A DNA stretch of 64,000 bases from Deltaproteobacteria bacterium (GTDB lineage Bacteria; Desulfobacterota; Deferrimicrobia; Deferrimicrobiales; Deferrimicrobiaceae), in the NCBI GenBank assembly GCA_016218975.1, contig JACRCO010000071.1, forward strand, positions 7,723 through 71,722, given 5' to 3'. How positions within the stretch are numbered: the first letter of the stretch is position 1; each line of letters starts with the position of its first letter. Both the position numbers and the translations under genes were made by a program. Below the pieces are notes generated by a model. That model was given only the letters and a program-made list of their open reading frames with translations, did not search any database and was not told where the DNA came from. Below, in pieces: positions 1 to 8,653 of the stretch.

Positions 1-396
1 CCCGACCCGGAGCATAAACCGCCCCGTATGAATACCGGCCAGACGAAGAGGGGTTACTCCCTTCGGCTCGTCACGAAGAAAAACATCCGCCCCGTCCGGA
101 TCGGAAAAGACGCGGATAATTCCTCCTCTGGGACCCTCCCCCTTGAAAGATTCGCGCAATGCCGCAAGCGCGGAATTGTCAAGCCCCTGGCCCCGAAGTC
201 TGTTCTCCACTTCCTCCGATATGCGAAAATCGACGCCGTGTTCCCTGACAAGGTCCGACACTCTCCTGCTCGTCACGCTGTTGGACAAAAGCATCTCTAT
301 CTCGTCCAGGGCGAGCGGACGCCAATCCGATCCGAGGGAATCCCGGCAAAAAAGACCGATCAACAGAAAGAGCAAGATGCAAATATTCGGTTTTTT
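1..396 (-). CDS. Secreted/lipoprotein-like hypothetical protein; 3' end lies beyond window position 1, start codon uncertain
   Basis: Minus-strand frame not in the ORF track (runs off the window edge). It translates to ...KKPNICILLFLLIGLFCRDSLGSDWRPLALDEIEMLLSNSV...RLAGIHTGRFMLRVG with a signal-peptide-like N-terminus (KK + hydrophobic stretch + Cys). No ATG/GTG/TTG lies in frame upstream of the KK; candidate starts are CTG at 396 or TTG at 375. It is co-directional with the two genes upstream. Preferred over the + strand ORF 28..423. Confidence 0.35.
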
Positions 397-497
397 CAGG
401 CCCGTATCTCCATAAACATGTAATCGTCAGCGGATTGCATTTCTACCCTTTAGACAAACCTCGAAACAGGATACGAATTCCTTCGGGATATTTCGAA

Positions 498-1259
498 TTA
501 CTTTCCGTTCGTATTTTTCTCCCTGTTCTGCCGGAGGGTCTGTTCGGCGACAGCGGCCTTCCTCGCTTTTTCGACCCCTTCCCTGGCTGCGCGGTTATCC
601 TTGTCCAGGCTCAGTATCCTGCCGTAGATCTCGATCGCTTTTTCGTATTGACCTTCATCCCTGAATGCATCGCCAAGTTCCCTGTAACGATCGATCAACT
701 CCCTTCCCGCGGTTCCGGACGGCCTCTTCGAGGAATCCGAACGGGCAATCAGGTCCTTCTCCTTTTTCTGTTTGCGAGGCAACCGGGTTGCCTTTCCCTC
801 ATCAACCGCCGTTTCCAGCTGAGTCGGTTTTTCCACCGATCCCGTTTTTCGGGCGACACCGACGACATCCCCGGATATCGAATTATCCGCCACCAAATTG
901 CCGGGCAAAGCGGTTTTCGCCCTCGCTGCATCGGAACCCGTCGTTTGACTGGAACCCACATTTCGGGTCCCTCTGATGGAGTACAATACGGCGATAAGGA
1001 ACACCCCGATCATTGCAGCGGGCACAACCCGGGTCAATACGCTGCGGTCGCCGGGAAACCTTTTTTTGACATTCCCGATCCGTTCCCGGACAAACACCCC
1101 CAAGTCCGGATATTTCCTGTAGAGATAATATCCGAACGAAGCGACAAGTATCGATGCGGCGAGGATGGAACCAAAAACGTTTCGCACATTCCCGTAACCG
1201 GAGTCGCCGCCGGGAATTGAATTCAAATAAAAATCGATAAGACGGTCGAACCGGGTCAT
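498..1259 (-). CDS. Membrane-anchored TPR-repeat protein (hypothetical)
   Basis: ORF 253 aa. N-terminal hydrophobic helix (GSILAASILVASFGYYLY). C-terminal TPR-like repeat (GDAFRDEGQYEKAIEIYGRILSLDKDNRAAREG). The opposite-frame ORF 435..1220 is low complexity. Confidence 0.55.
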   Translation of the reverse strand: MTRFDRLIDFYLNSIPGGDSGYGNVRNVFGSILAASILVASFGYYLYRKYPDLGVFVRERIGNVKKRFPGDRSVLTRVVPAAMIGVFLIAVLYSIRGTRNVGSSQTTGSDAARAKTALPGNLVADNSISGDVVGVARKTGSVEKPTQLETAVDEGKATRLPRKQKKEKDLIARSDSSKRPSGTAGRELIDRYRELGDAFRDEGQYEKAIEIYGRILSLDKDNRAAREGVEKARKAAVAEQTLRQNREKNTNGK

Positions 1260-1302
1260 GCCGATTCTGTTTGCCGAAGGAAAAGAAACTGTTTAAAGAC
1301 AT

Positions 1303-2379
1303 TCATTCGCATGAGAACTTGTTCTTTAGCCCGACATATACTTCCCGGATTTTCAATCGAGCCTCCACAACATCCCGGAACGGAATCCCTTTCTTCGTCA
1401 TTTCATCTTCCACGCGATCCATATGATCATTTAGGAGCCCAAAATATCCTTCGTCTCCAAGCGCGGACAAGATTCGTCCGACCTCCATCCGAAAGAGATC
1501 GAAGGCACGTGGATTCCTTATGAGAAACTCCGCCCCTTCCTTATTCATCAATAACTTAGTTTCTAATCCTCCTTCCTCCTTGAGGAGGAAAGACGGATCG
1601 CCTTGCCGTATTAATAACAACGGATTTTCAATCCGATTTCCGTTCCTCAGGTCCGATAATTGCTTCGCCTCGCACCATACGCCGTTTCCGTCCCGGGTAA
1701 AGAACAGTTGCGTGATCACCTTGAACAGGTCGGCCACTGTTTTTCGACGTTCATCGGTCCCCTGATCGGCCGTCGCATCATTTACTTTTTCTTCGACATG
1801 CAACTCCGCTTCTGCGGCGGATGACTCCGACGCAGGCTCAACCCGCTGCCCCACAACATCATCGGCAAGACATGGAAATTCACGCAGGCTCCATACTTTG
1901 TCCGGCGCTTCCCGAATGCCGTCGGCAGTAACCGTCTTCTTTCCTGAAGTCGCTGCCTCTTCGCCCCCCCGGTCCTCCGATAAATCCTTAATTCCCCCGC
2001 GGAACTTGAAAGCAAAAAACAAGCTTCCGAGAACGAATGCACAGGGAAGAATCCAATGCGCGGGGGACGTGACCCCAAGTGCTCCGACGAGAAGCAGCAG
2101 AACGAGGACCAGACCCGCGAACGGGGCCGAAAGCCATATTTTCCCGCGAAACCCGAAAGGCTTGAACCGGTCAGTCGAGGGACCGTTTAACGAACGCCAG
2201 CTTGCATATTGAGACAACATCCCAACTCCAAGAAATGCTAATCCAATGACAAAATCCGCACTGCTTTTCATGGAGGTAAAGAGGATTAATCCGGTCGCGC
2301 CGAATAGCGCTCCCGTAAAATAGGCAGCCTCGAGACCAAGGATTGCGGAGCGAGCAAGATGCGGTTTGTCAGTAGACAT
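1303..2379 (-). CDS. Polytopic membrane protein with cytoplasmic C-terminal domain (hypothetical)
   Basis: ORF 358 aa with about four N-terminal hydrophobic helices (LILFTSM.., FVIGLAFLGVGML.., GLVLVLLLLVGALG.., ILPCAFVLGSLFFAF) followed by an acidic linker and a soluble domain. No recognisable family from sequence alone. Confidence 0.5.
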   Translation of the reverse strand: MSTDKPHLARSAILGLEAAYFTGALFGATGLILFTSMKSSADFVIGLAFLGVGMLSQYASWRSLNGPSTDRFKPFGFRGKIWLSAPFAGLVLVLLLLVGALGVTSPAHWILPCAFVLGSLFFAFKFRGGIKDLSEDRGGEEAATSGKKTVTADGIREAPDKVWSLREFPCLADDVVGQRVEPASESSAAEAELHVEEKVNDATADQGTDERRKTVADLFKVITQLFFTRDGNGVWCEAKQLSDLRNGNRIENPLLLIRQGDPSFLLKEEGGLETKLLMNKEGAEFLIRNPRAFDLFRMEVGRILSALGDEGYFGLLNDHMDRVEDEMTKKGIPFRDVVEARLKIREVYVGLKNKFSCE

Positions 2380-2712
2380 TACATCTCGTTTCGATCACCG
2401 GATTATCGGATCGCTTTCGACCGAACCGGCCTAATTATATAGGGGAAAAATTAACTTCGCCACATCCAACCATCGATCCCTCAACTAACTGATTTCAAAC
2501 GCTTAAACCACCTTCGCATCACCACCCCTGCCAGAAACCGCCGCCGCCTTTCCCTTCCCGATTTACGTGCTCCACAGGGGATTTCTCGTCCCAGGAGATT
2601 TTTGATATCATTCCAACATTTCCATGGCGATCGTATTCAGTCAATTGGAGCGAGATTCTTTTACTGCGGTGCGTATATATTTTGGAGAGAATCAGCATGG
2701 CAGAGGATTGAA

Positions 2713-3819
2713 ATGAGTCTCATGCAGGAAGGACAGATCATTCGCGGGACGTATGAAGTCGAACGCCTGCTTGGCGAAGGCGCCTTCGCGGAAGTCTACC
2801 GCGTAAAGCATCGCTTCCTGGGACGGCAGGCCATGAAGGTTTTCAAGATGATCGGTATGACGATAGAAGAAACGGAACAAATGCTGGGAGAGGCGATCAT
2901 GCTTTCCCGGATCAGTCATCCGAACATCGTCCAGGTATTCGACGCCAACATCACCGAGACCTCAAGGGGAATCTGCGGTTTTTTCACGATGGAGTACGTT
3001 GCGGGAGGAAATCTCGAGCAGTATTGGAGATCCCACGGCGCGAGGTTCGTCCCGCTGAAGTCCGTGGTGGAAATCATCAAGCAGGTTTGCCGGGGCCTCT
3101 CCGTCGCGCACGGAGAGAATCCCCCGATCGTCCACCGGGACATCAAGCCGCATAACATCCTCGTTGGGTACGACGCGGCAGGACTGCGCGTCCGGGTCAG
3201 CGATTTCGGCCTCGCCAAGCGGGTGAACCCGCTGACCCTGAGGGCAAGCACGCGCGGAACACGCTGCTTCAAAGCTCCTGAGGCATTCAAGGATCCGCAA
3301 AGCGACTCGTGCACGGCGGACGTTTGGTCAATCGGAGCCACACTCTACCTTCTCCTGACGGACAGGCTTCCGTACGCGGATCCCGACGGGTACGACGTGT
3401 TCGATCCGGAAGCGTTCGAGAGGCCGATGCTTCCTCCGAGCCGGTTAAACATCGAAGTGGACGCCACCATCGACCGGATCCTGGAAAAAGCTCTTGATCG
3501 CCGGCCGGAGCACAGGTACAGGGACGCGCAGAGCCTTCTGGAGGATCTTTTGAAGTGGAAGCCGCGAACAGGGGGAAAGACATCACCCTCCGGCGGTGCG
3601 GATTCCAGTGGGTGGTCCAAGAGCGCGCTGGGCACTCATACTCCCGCCGATGAGGAACAGGCCAAGGCGATGGCAGATCAGGCCCTCGCGCTATCTCGAC
3701 AGGCGGAGATGCTGGCCGAAGCGGCGGACCTCATGGAAGAAGCGTTCAACAAATGCAGGGACCTTCGAACGAAACACGAGTATCAAGTTCGACTCTGGCG
3801 CAGGGGAATCGCATACTGA
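2713..3819 (+). CDS. Hanks-type serine/threonine protein kinase
   Basis: Within ORF 2602..3819. Start taken at ATG 2713 (MSLMQEGQIIRGTYEVERLLGEGAFAEVYRV). Gly-rich loop GEGAFAEV, VAIK-like AMKVFK, catalytic loop HRDIKPHNIL, DFG motif (VSDFGLAK), APE motif (FKAPEAF). Confidence 0.85.
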   Translation: MSLMQEGQIIRGTYEVERLLGEGAFAEVYRVKHRFLGRQAMKVFKMIGMTIEETEQMLGEAIMLSRISHPNIVQVFDANITETSRGICGFFTMEYVAGGNLEQYWRSHGARFVPLKSVVEIIKQVCRGLSVAHGENPPIVHRDIKPHNILVGYDAAGLRVRVSDFGLAKRVNPLTLRASTRGTRCFKAPEAFKDPQSDSCTADVWSIGATLYLLLTDRLPYADPDGYDVFDPEAFERPMLPPSRLNIEVDATIDRILEKALDRRPEHRYRDAQSLLEDLLKWKPRTGGKTSPSGGADSSGWSKSALGTHTPADEEQAKAMADQALALSRQAEMLAEAADLMEEAFNKCRDLRTKHEYQVRLWRRGIAY

Positions 3820-3845
3820 GCGAATACCGACGGAGCGCGTGAAGC

Positions 3846-5513
3846 GTGAGTGAAGCGGGTTTGGAAAAAAGGGATGACCGGCCGTCATCCGGTCCCGATA
3901 TCCTTCTGGCATCGGGCCGACCGGACCTTTACCGGAAGAATCCGTTCCGTGTCGCATGCCTGCCCGTGGACGCAACCCCAAGGGAGATATCGAAACAGAT
4001 CCACGCAATGGAAATGGAGGCGAAGTTCAGCGGAAAACTCCCGATGGGAAACCTTCCGCTGGATCCTCCGCCCGACCTGGATACCATTCGGGAATCCATA
4101 CATCGCCTCCGCGATTCGGAAGAGCGCCTTGTCGCAGAACTTTTCTGGATTTGGCCCAATCCGTCGGACAAGGGAACGGCGGATGAAGCCATGGTGGCCT
4201 TTTCGCGGGGGGATATCCACAAGGCAAAACAAATCTGGACGGCACGGGAGAGGACGGACGGCGTAAAAGGCATTCCGTCGCACAATCTGGCCGTCCTGGC
4301 TCATGCATCCGCCCTGGATCTCGAAGCACAATCCCTGTTTTTCCCTCTCTCGCGAACCCAGATCCATCAAAGAGAGGCGTACTGGAACGATGCCCTGGCG
4401 AAATGGAAGGCTGTGCTCGAGTGCGAAGGTTTCTGGAGCCGCGTTTCGACTCGCATCCGGGAACTCGATGACCCGCGCCTTAAATCAGGAGCCGCCCGCA
4501 GAATAAGGACTTCCCTTCCATCGGCCCTTGTTTCCATAACGGTGCGGCTGGCCGTCGCCGCAGCGGAAAAGGGAAACGATCCGGAGATCCGTAGACATCA
4601 TTCCATCCTCAAGAAGTGGGACGATGCTCTTTCCGGGCGGCAATCCGGCGGAAATTCATCGATATACCGTTCCCCAATCATCGTCGACGCTCTCCGGCAA
4701 GGCGTCGATCCGCTTCGCCAGCGGATCAAAGCGCTGACGAGGGCCGCGGAAAAAGACAAGGAAGTCAATGCCCGTAACGGACATTCGATCGCATCGAATC
4801 TTATCGAGCATTCGAGGCCCGTTCTTTCCGTGATGGACTCTATATTGCCGGAGGATTTCTCTTCCGGGGAAGCCGCTCATGACGAGGTTGCTCTTTCCCT
4901 TCATTCCTGCATCATCTCCTTCGGCGTCGAAACGAAGGACTGGAAGACGTGCGGAGAACTTCTTGAAATCGCGCTGGCAGTCGCGGCCGGGGAAGCCGCC
5001 AAAAGCAAGATCAAGGAAGATTTGCGGACAGTAAAGGAAAATCACGAATTCGGGAAAGTCCATGATACATGTTGGTTTTGCGGAAAGCAGCCGAAAGAGG
5101 AATCGCATTCCATCGAAGTCAGGATGCACGGCAATATTCAGCGAACACCGACAATCGGCGGGACGAATATCACCTGGCGACACATCAGAATCGTCGTTCC
5201 CAGGTGCGGGAAATGCCGTGCGGCTCATGCGAAAGCTTCCGAATGGGCCGCTATCGGCGGGATCGGCGGAGCGGTTGCAGGCGGATTGACCGGGTGCGGC
5301 GCAATCGGACACGGCGGGGCCGGAATATTGCTCATGATCTTGTTCGGCGCCGTCGGATTCCTGATCGGAAAATCGATCGATGAGAACAACCTGAGCGCCA
5401 TAAAAAATGCACATGCGGATTTCAAGCCTTTCAGCCACAGGAACGAATTCCCCCAGATCAAGCAACTCCTTTCCGAAGGGTGGCAATTCGGCGAAAGACC
5501 GAACAACAACTAA
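3846..5513 (+). CDS. J-like (HPD-less J-domain) protein with C-terminal zinc ribbon and Gly-rich membrane anchor
   Basis: ORF 555 aa with GTG start at 3846, 27 nt after the kinase stop. The N-terminus NPFRVACLPVDATPREISKQIHAM...IRESIHRLRDSEERLVAELF resembles J-domain helices II and III (compare [24 protein letters not shown]...EAYEVLSDPEKRAAYD) but lacks the HPD tripeptide. C-terminus has CWFCGK...PRCGKC (zinc-ribbon-like four Cys), then GGIGGAVAGGLTGCGAIGHGGAGILLMILFGAVGFLIG (Gly-rich hydrophobic helix). Confidence 0.6.
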   Translation: MSEAGLEKRDDRPSSGPDILLASGRPDLYRKNPFRVACLPVDATPREISKQIHAMEMEAKFSGKLPMGNLPLDPPPDLDTIRESIHRLRDSEERLVAELFWIWPNPSDKGTADEAMVAFSRGDIHKAKQIWTARERTDGVKGIPSHNLAVLAHASALDLEAQSLFFPLSRTQIHQREAYWNDALAKWKAVLECEGFWSRVSTRIRELDDPRLKSGAARRIRTSLPSALVSITVRLAVAAAEKGNDPEIRRHHSILKKWDDALSGRQSGGNSSIYRSPIIVDALRQGVDPLRQRIKALTRAAEKDKEVNARNGHSIASNLIEHSRPVLSVMDSILPEDFSSGEAAHDEVALSLHSCIISFGVETKDWKTCGELLEIALAVAAGEAAKSKIKEDLRTVKENHEFGKVHDTCWFCGKQPKEESHSIEVRMHGNIQRTPTIGGTNITWRHIRIVVPRCGKCRAAHAKASEWAAIGGIGGAVAGGLTGCGAIGHGGAGILLMILFGAVGFLIGKSIDENNLSAIKNAHADFKPFSHRNEFPQIKQLLSEGWQFGERPNNN

Positions 5514-5538
5514 CCGGAACGAAAATGGAATTTCCACG

Positions 5539-6126
5539 ATGACGACGGGCAAGGACATGAAATCGATGTGGCACTCAAGATCCGGCGCGTTTTCCGCGGA
5601 ATTGAGACAGCTTTACCATCCGAAGGAGTTTCAGATTCCCACGGTGGAATGGCCGGCCGACCTGATCGGTGCGATGGAACGCCTAAGCCGGGGCATGCTC
5701 GATTCGCAATCGAAGGGCATCCAGGGGGTAGAAAACCATTCCGACGATGCTGCGCGCCGCGATGAGTACCGGTTGTTCGCCGAGATAGGAACCGGTTTAT
5801 GGAGATTGAAGAGGCGGATGGTTCACCCGCAAACCGGGCGGCCGCAGGAAGAAATGAAGCGTGCTTTTCGTCACCTCGAATCTGTTTGGGACACGCTCGT
5901 CCAGGCGGGATTCGAGATTCGGGATCACACGGGGGACACAATGCCGGAAGGGGGTATATACGGCTTGAAGGTCATCGCGTTTCAGCCCGCCGCGGGCATC
6001 AGCCGTGATGTCGTTATCGAAACGGTCAAACCCTCCGTCTTCCGCATGAACAAGATGATCCAGATGGGAGAAGTCATCGTGGGCACTCCGGAAATAACGC
6101 CGGCCCCGCAAAAAGCGAAGGATTGA
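5539..6126 (+). CDS. GrpE-like nucleotide-exchange-factor candidate (divergent)
   Basis: Within ORF 5407..6126. Start taken at ATG 5539, just after the upstream stop at 5513. The C-terminal region AGFEIRDHTGDTMPEGGIYGLKVIAFQP...VKPSVFRMNKMIQMGEVIV aligns in spacing with the GrpE beta-sheet domain (G-V-E-[IL]...D-P..H-A...Q-K-G-Y-x-L-N-x-R-V-[IL]-R-x-A-x-V-x-V). It is divergent: the canonical DPxxH-A signature is not conserved. AAGGAGA RBS precedes the downstream Hsp70 gene. Confidence 0.45.
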   Translation: MTTGKDMKSMWHSRSGAFSAELRQLYHPKEFQIPTVEWPADLIGAMERLSRGMLDSQSKGIQGVENHSDDAARRDEYRLFAEIGTGLWRLKRRMVHPQTGRPQEEMKRAFRHLESVWDTLVQAGFEIRDHTGDTMPEGGIYGLKVIAFQPAAGISRDVVIETVKPSVFRMNKMIQMGEVIVGTPEITPAPQKAKD

Positions 6127-6159
6127 GGATCAGGGAATCCACTCAAGGAGAAACCCGAC

Positions 6160-8652
6160 ATGTCCAGAACGACCATAGACTTCGGAATCGATTTGGGAAC
6201 GACGAACAGCAGCATAGGGGTTATCCGGGGGACCGAGGTCGATATCATCCTGAACAACGAAAGTCAGCCGATCACGCCTTCCGCCGTGATGGTCGACAAG
6301 GGGGGGAGGATCATCGTAGGGCGCAGCGCCAAGGAAGGCCTCATGAAAGACCATGAAAACGCCTTCTGCGAATTCAAGCTCCAGATGGGAGAGAACACCG
6401 AATACGTTTTTCGGCGGAGCGGACGGCGATCGAAACCCGAAGACCTCTCGGCGGAAGTTCTCAAATCCCTTAAAGCGGACGTGAGGCTGAAGTTGAAGGA
6501 AGATATCGAAGCTGCGGTGATCACCGTGCCCGCAGCCTTCGAACTTCCGCAATGCGAAGCTACAAGGCAGGCCGCCCAACAAGCCGGCCTGCACACGACC
6601 ATCCTGATTCAGGAACCCGTCGCGGCCGCCTTGGCCTATGGATTTCAAACCGAAAGCGAGAAGGTATATTGGCTGGTCTACGATCTCGGGGGAGGAACGT
6701 TCGACGCCGCCGTCATGCAGGTACGGGACGACGAAATCCGCGTCGTGCATCATGACGGCGATAATCACCTCGGGGGAAAGCTTATCGATTGGGCAATCGT
6801 CGAGGATCTCCTAGTCCCGGCATTGCTCAAAGAACATCGTCTTCCTGATTTCCAACGCGGTAATCCGAAATGGGAGGGCGCGTTCCATGCACTGAAATGC
6901 TACGCGGAAAATGCGAAAATCCGCGTCTCCCGGGATGAAAAGGCGTATATCGACATCCCATTCATCTGCCATGAATATCCGAAGCCGTTCGAGTTCGAAT
7001 TGAAGCGGGATGACGTGGAGCGGCTTGCCCGGCCGATAATAATCCGCTCGATCAATCTATGTAAAAAAGTGTTGGCGGAAAAGCGGCTTGGGTTTGCCGA
7101 CATCGAAAAGGTACTTCTCGTGGGTGGTCCGACGTTGATGCCCTACTTGAGAAACCTTCTCTCGGACACCAACGACGGATTGGGAATCCCCTTGTCATAC
7201 ACGAACGATCCGCTCACTGTCGTCACCCACGGGGCGTCAATCTATGCGGGAACCAAGCGGCTGGAATCGGCAACCCCAATAAAAGCCGCCAAGGGACAAT
7301 ATGTCGTCGATCTCGAATACAAACCCAGCGGCCCGGACACGGAACCGTTCGTTTGGGGACGCGTCCGGGGATACGATGGAGAAATTCCGGACGGATTGAC
7401 GATCGAATTCATAAACACGGACTGCCGTCAGCAATGGCGAAGCGGCAGGATAGGAATTTCTCCCGACGGTACATTCAGGACGAACGTGCTGGCCGAGAAG
7501 GGACGAAGGAATGTGTTCTCGATCGAATTGTTCGATGCAAGGGGGACGAAACTCAATTGCCAGCCGGACAACTTCGCATACACGGTAGCGATTGAAATCG
7601 TCGACCCTCCTCTACCCCACAATGTGGGAGTCGCACTGGTCAACAATGATATGAACTGGGTGCTCGAAAAAGGCACGCCGCTGCCGGTAAGGAGAAAAAC
7701 CGATCTGAAATCCGCCTTCGAAGTCCGCAAGGGGGTGAAGGAACATATCATCAAGATCCCCTTGATGGAGGGGCAGAAAGCCCGGGCCAACCGAAACAAG
7801 TATATCGGGACTCTCGAAATTTACGGAGATCAAATAACCCGGGATGTTCCGGCAGGCAGCGACGTCGAGGTAACAATCCATATCGACCAGTCCCGTCAAA
7901 TGGTCGCGAAAGCCTACATCCCCATTCTCGATGAAGAATACGAGTTGAAATTCAATAAGAACGGCTACAGCGACAAAAGGAACCAAGAGGAAATCGCCAA
8001 GGAGCTTGAAATCCAGAAAAAGAGACTGGAGACCGTCCGTGAGAAAGCCCGCGGAATCTCTGACGGCGACGCCCGGCGCATCCTGCAACAAATCGACGAA
8101 GAGAGAATGATCCAGGACGTGGAAAAATCGCTGGCCGCATCACGCACCGACCGCGACGCCTCCGTCAAATGCGAAAAGAGACTTCTCGACCTCATGTCGG
8201 CGATCGACGAGGTCGAGGATGCGATAGAGTGGCCATCCCTCGTGTCGAACGCGGAGCGGGAGATCGAGGAGGAACGCAAAATCGTCAACAATAACGATTT
8301 CGGTGTAAAACCCGACGAGAAGAGACTTTTCACCGATCTGGAGCGCGAGGTCAGAACCGTGATGGATACACGGGACGCCGACCATCTCGCGCTTAAGGTC
8401 CGGGAACTGGAACGGCTGGGGATAACCATTCTGTTCCGCCAGCCCGGATGGTGGGTCGGATGTCTCGATCATCTGGAAAACCGAAGATCGACGATGAGCA
8501 ACCAGGACCTGGCCGGAAACTACATTGCGCAAGGCCGGAGGGCAATCAATACCGGCGATCTAGAATCCCTCAAGGCCGCAGTGCGCCAACTCTGGGGATT
8601 GCTGCCCCCGGGAGACAAGGATCGTGAAATATTTTCGACCGTAGGAAAGTAG
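6160..8652 (+). CDS. Non-canonical Hsp70 (DnaK-like) ATPase, 830 aa with extended coiled-coil C-terminus
   Basis: N-terminal actin-fold ATPase motifs: IDLGTTNSS; ITVPAAFELPQCEATRQAAQQAGLHTTILIQEPVAAALAYGF; VYDLGGGTFDAAVMQV; GDNHLGGKLIDWAIVE. Substrate-binding-domain-like middle region. About 250 aa of charged, coiled-coil-like C-terminus that canonical DnaK lacks. AAGGAGA RBS 8 nt upstream. Confidence 0.85.
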   Translation: MSRTTIDFGIDLGTTNSSIGVIRGTEVDIILNNESQPITPSAVMVDKGGRIIVGRSAKEGLMKDHENAFCEFKLQMGENTEYVFRRSGRRSKPEDLSAEVLKSLKADVRLKLKEDIEAAVITVPAAFELPQCEATRQAAQQAGLHTTILIQEPVAAALAYGFQTESEKVYWLVYDLGGGTFDAAVMQVRDDEIRVVHHDGDNHLGGKLIDWAIVEDLLVPALLKEHRLPDFQRGNPKWEGAFHALKCYAENAKIRVSRDEKAYIDIPFICHEYPKPFEFELKRDDVERLARPIIIRSINLCKKVLAEKRLGFADIEKVLLVGGPTLMPYLRNLLSDTNDGLGIPLSYTNDPLTVVTHGASIYAGTKRLESATPIKAAKGQYVVDLEYKPSGPDTEPFVWGRVRGYDGEIPDGLTIEFINTDCRQQWRSGRIGISPDGTFRTNVLAEKGRRNVFSIELFDARGTKLNCQPDNFAYTVAIEIVDPPLPHNVGVALVNNDMNWVLEKGTPLPVRRKTDLKSAFEVRKGVKEHIIKIPLMEGQKARANRNKYIGTLEIYGDQITRDVPAGSDVEVTIHIDQSRQMVAKAYIPILDEEYELKFNKNGYSDKRNQEEIAKELEIQKKRLETVREKARGISDGDARRILQQIDEERMIQDVEKSLAASRTDRDASVKCEKRLLDLMSAIDEVEDAIEWPSLVSNAEREIEEERKIVNNNDFGVKPDEKRLFTDLEREVRTVMDTRDADHLALKVRELERLGITILFRQPGWWVGCLDHLENRRSTMSNQDLAGNYIAQGRRAINTGDLESLKAAVRQLWGLLPPGDKDREIFSTVGK

Positions 8653-8653
8653 C

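Noticed and set aside
28-423. Plus-strand ORF (131 aa) at the window start
   Set aside because: The translation is low complexity and Arg/Lys rich, with no motifs. The opposite strand in the same region encodes a far more protein-like product with a signal peptide, co-directional with the neighbouring genes.
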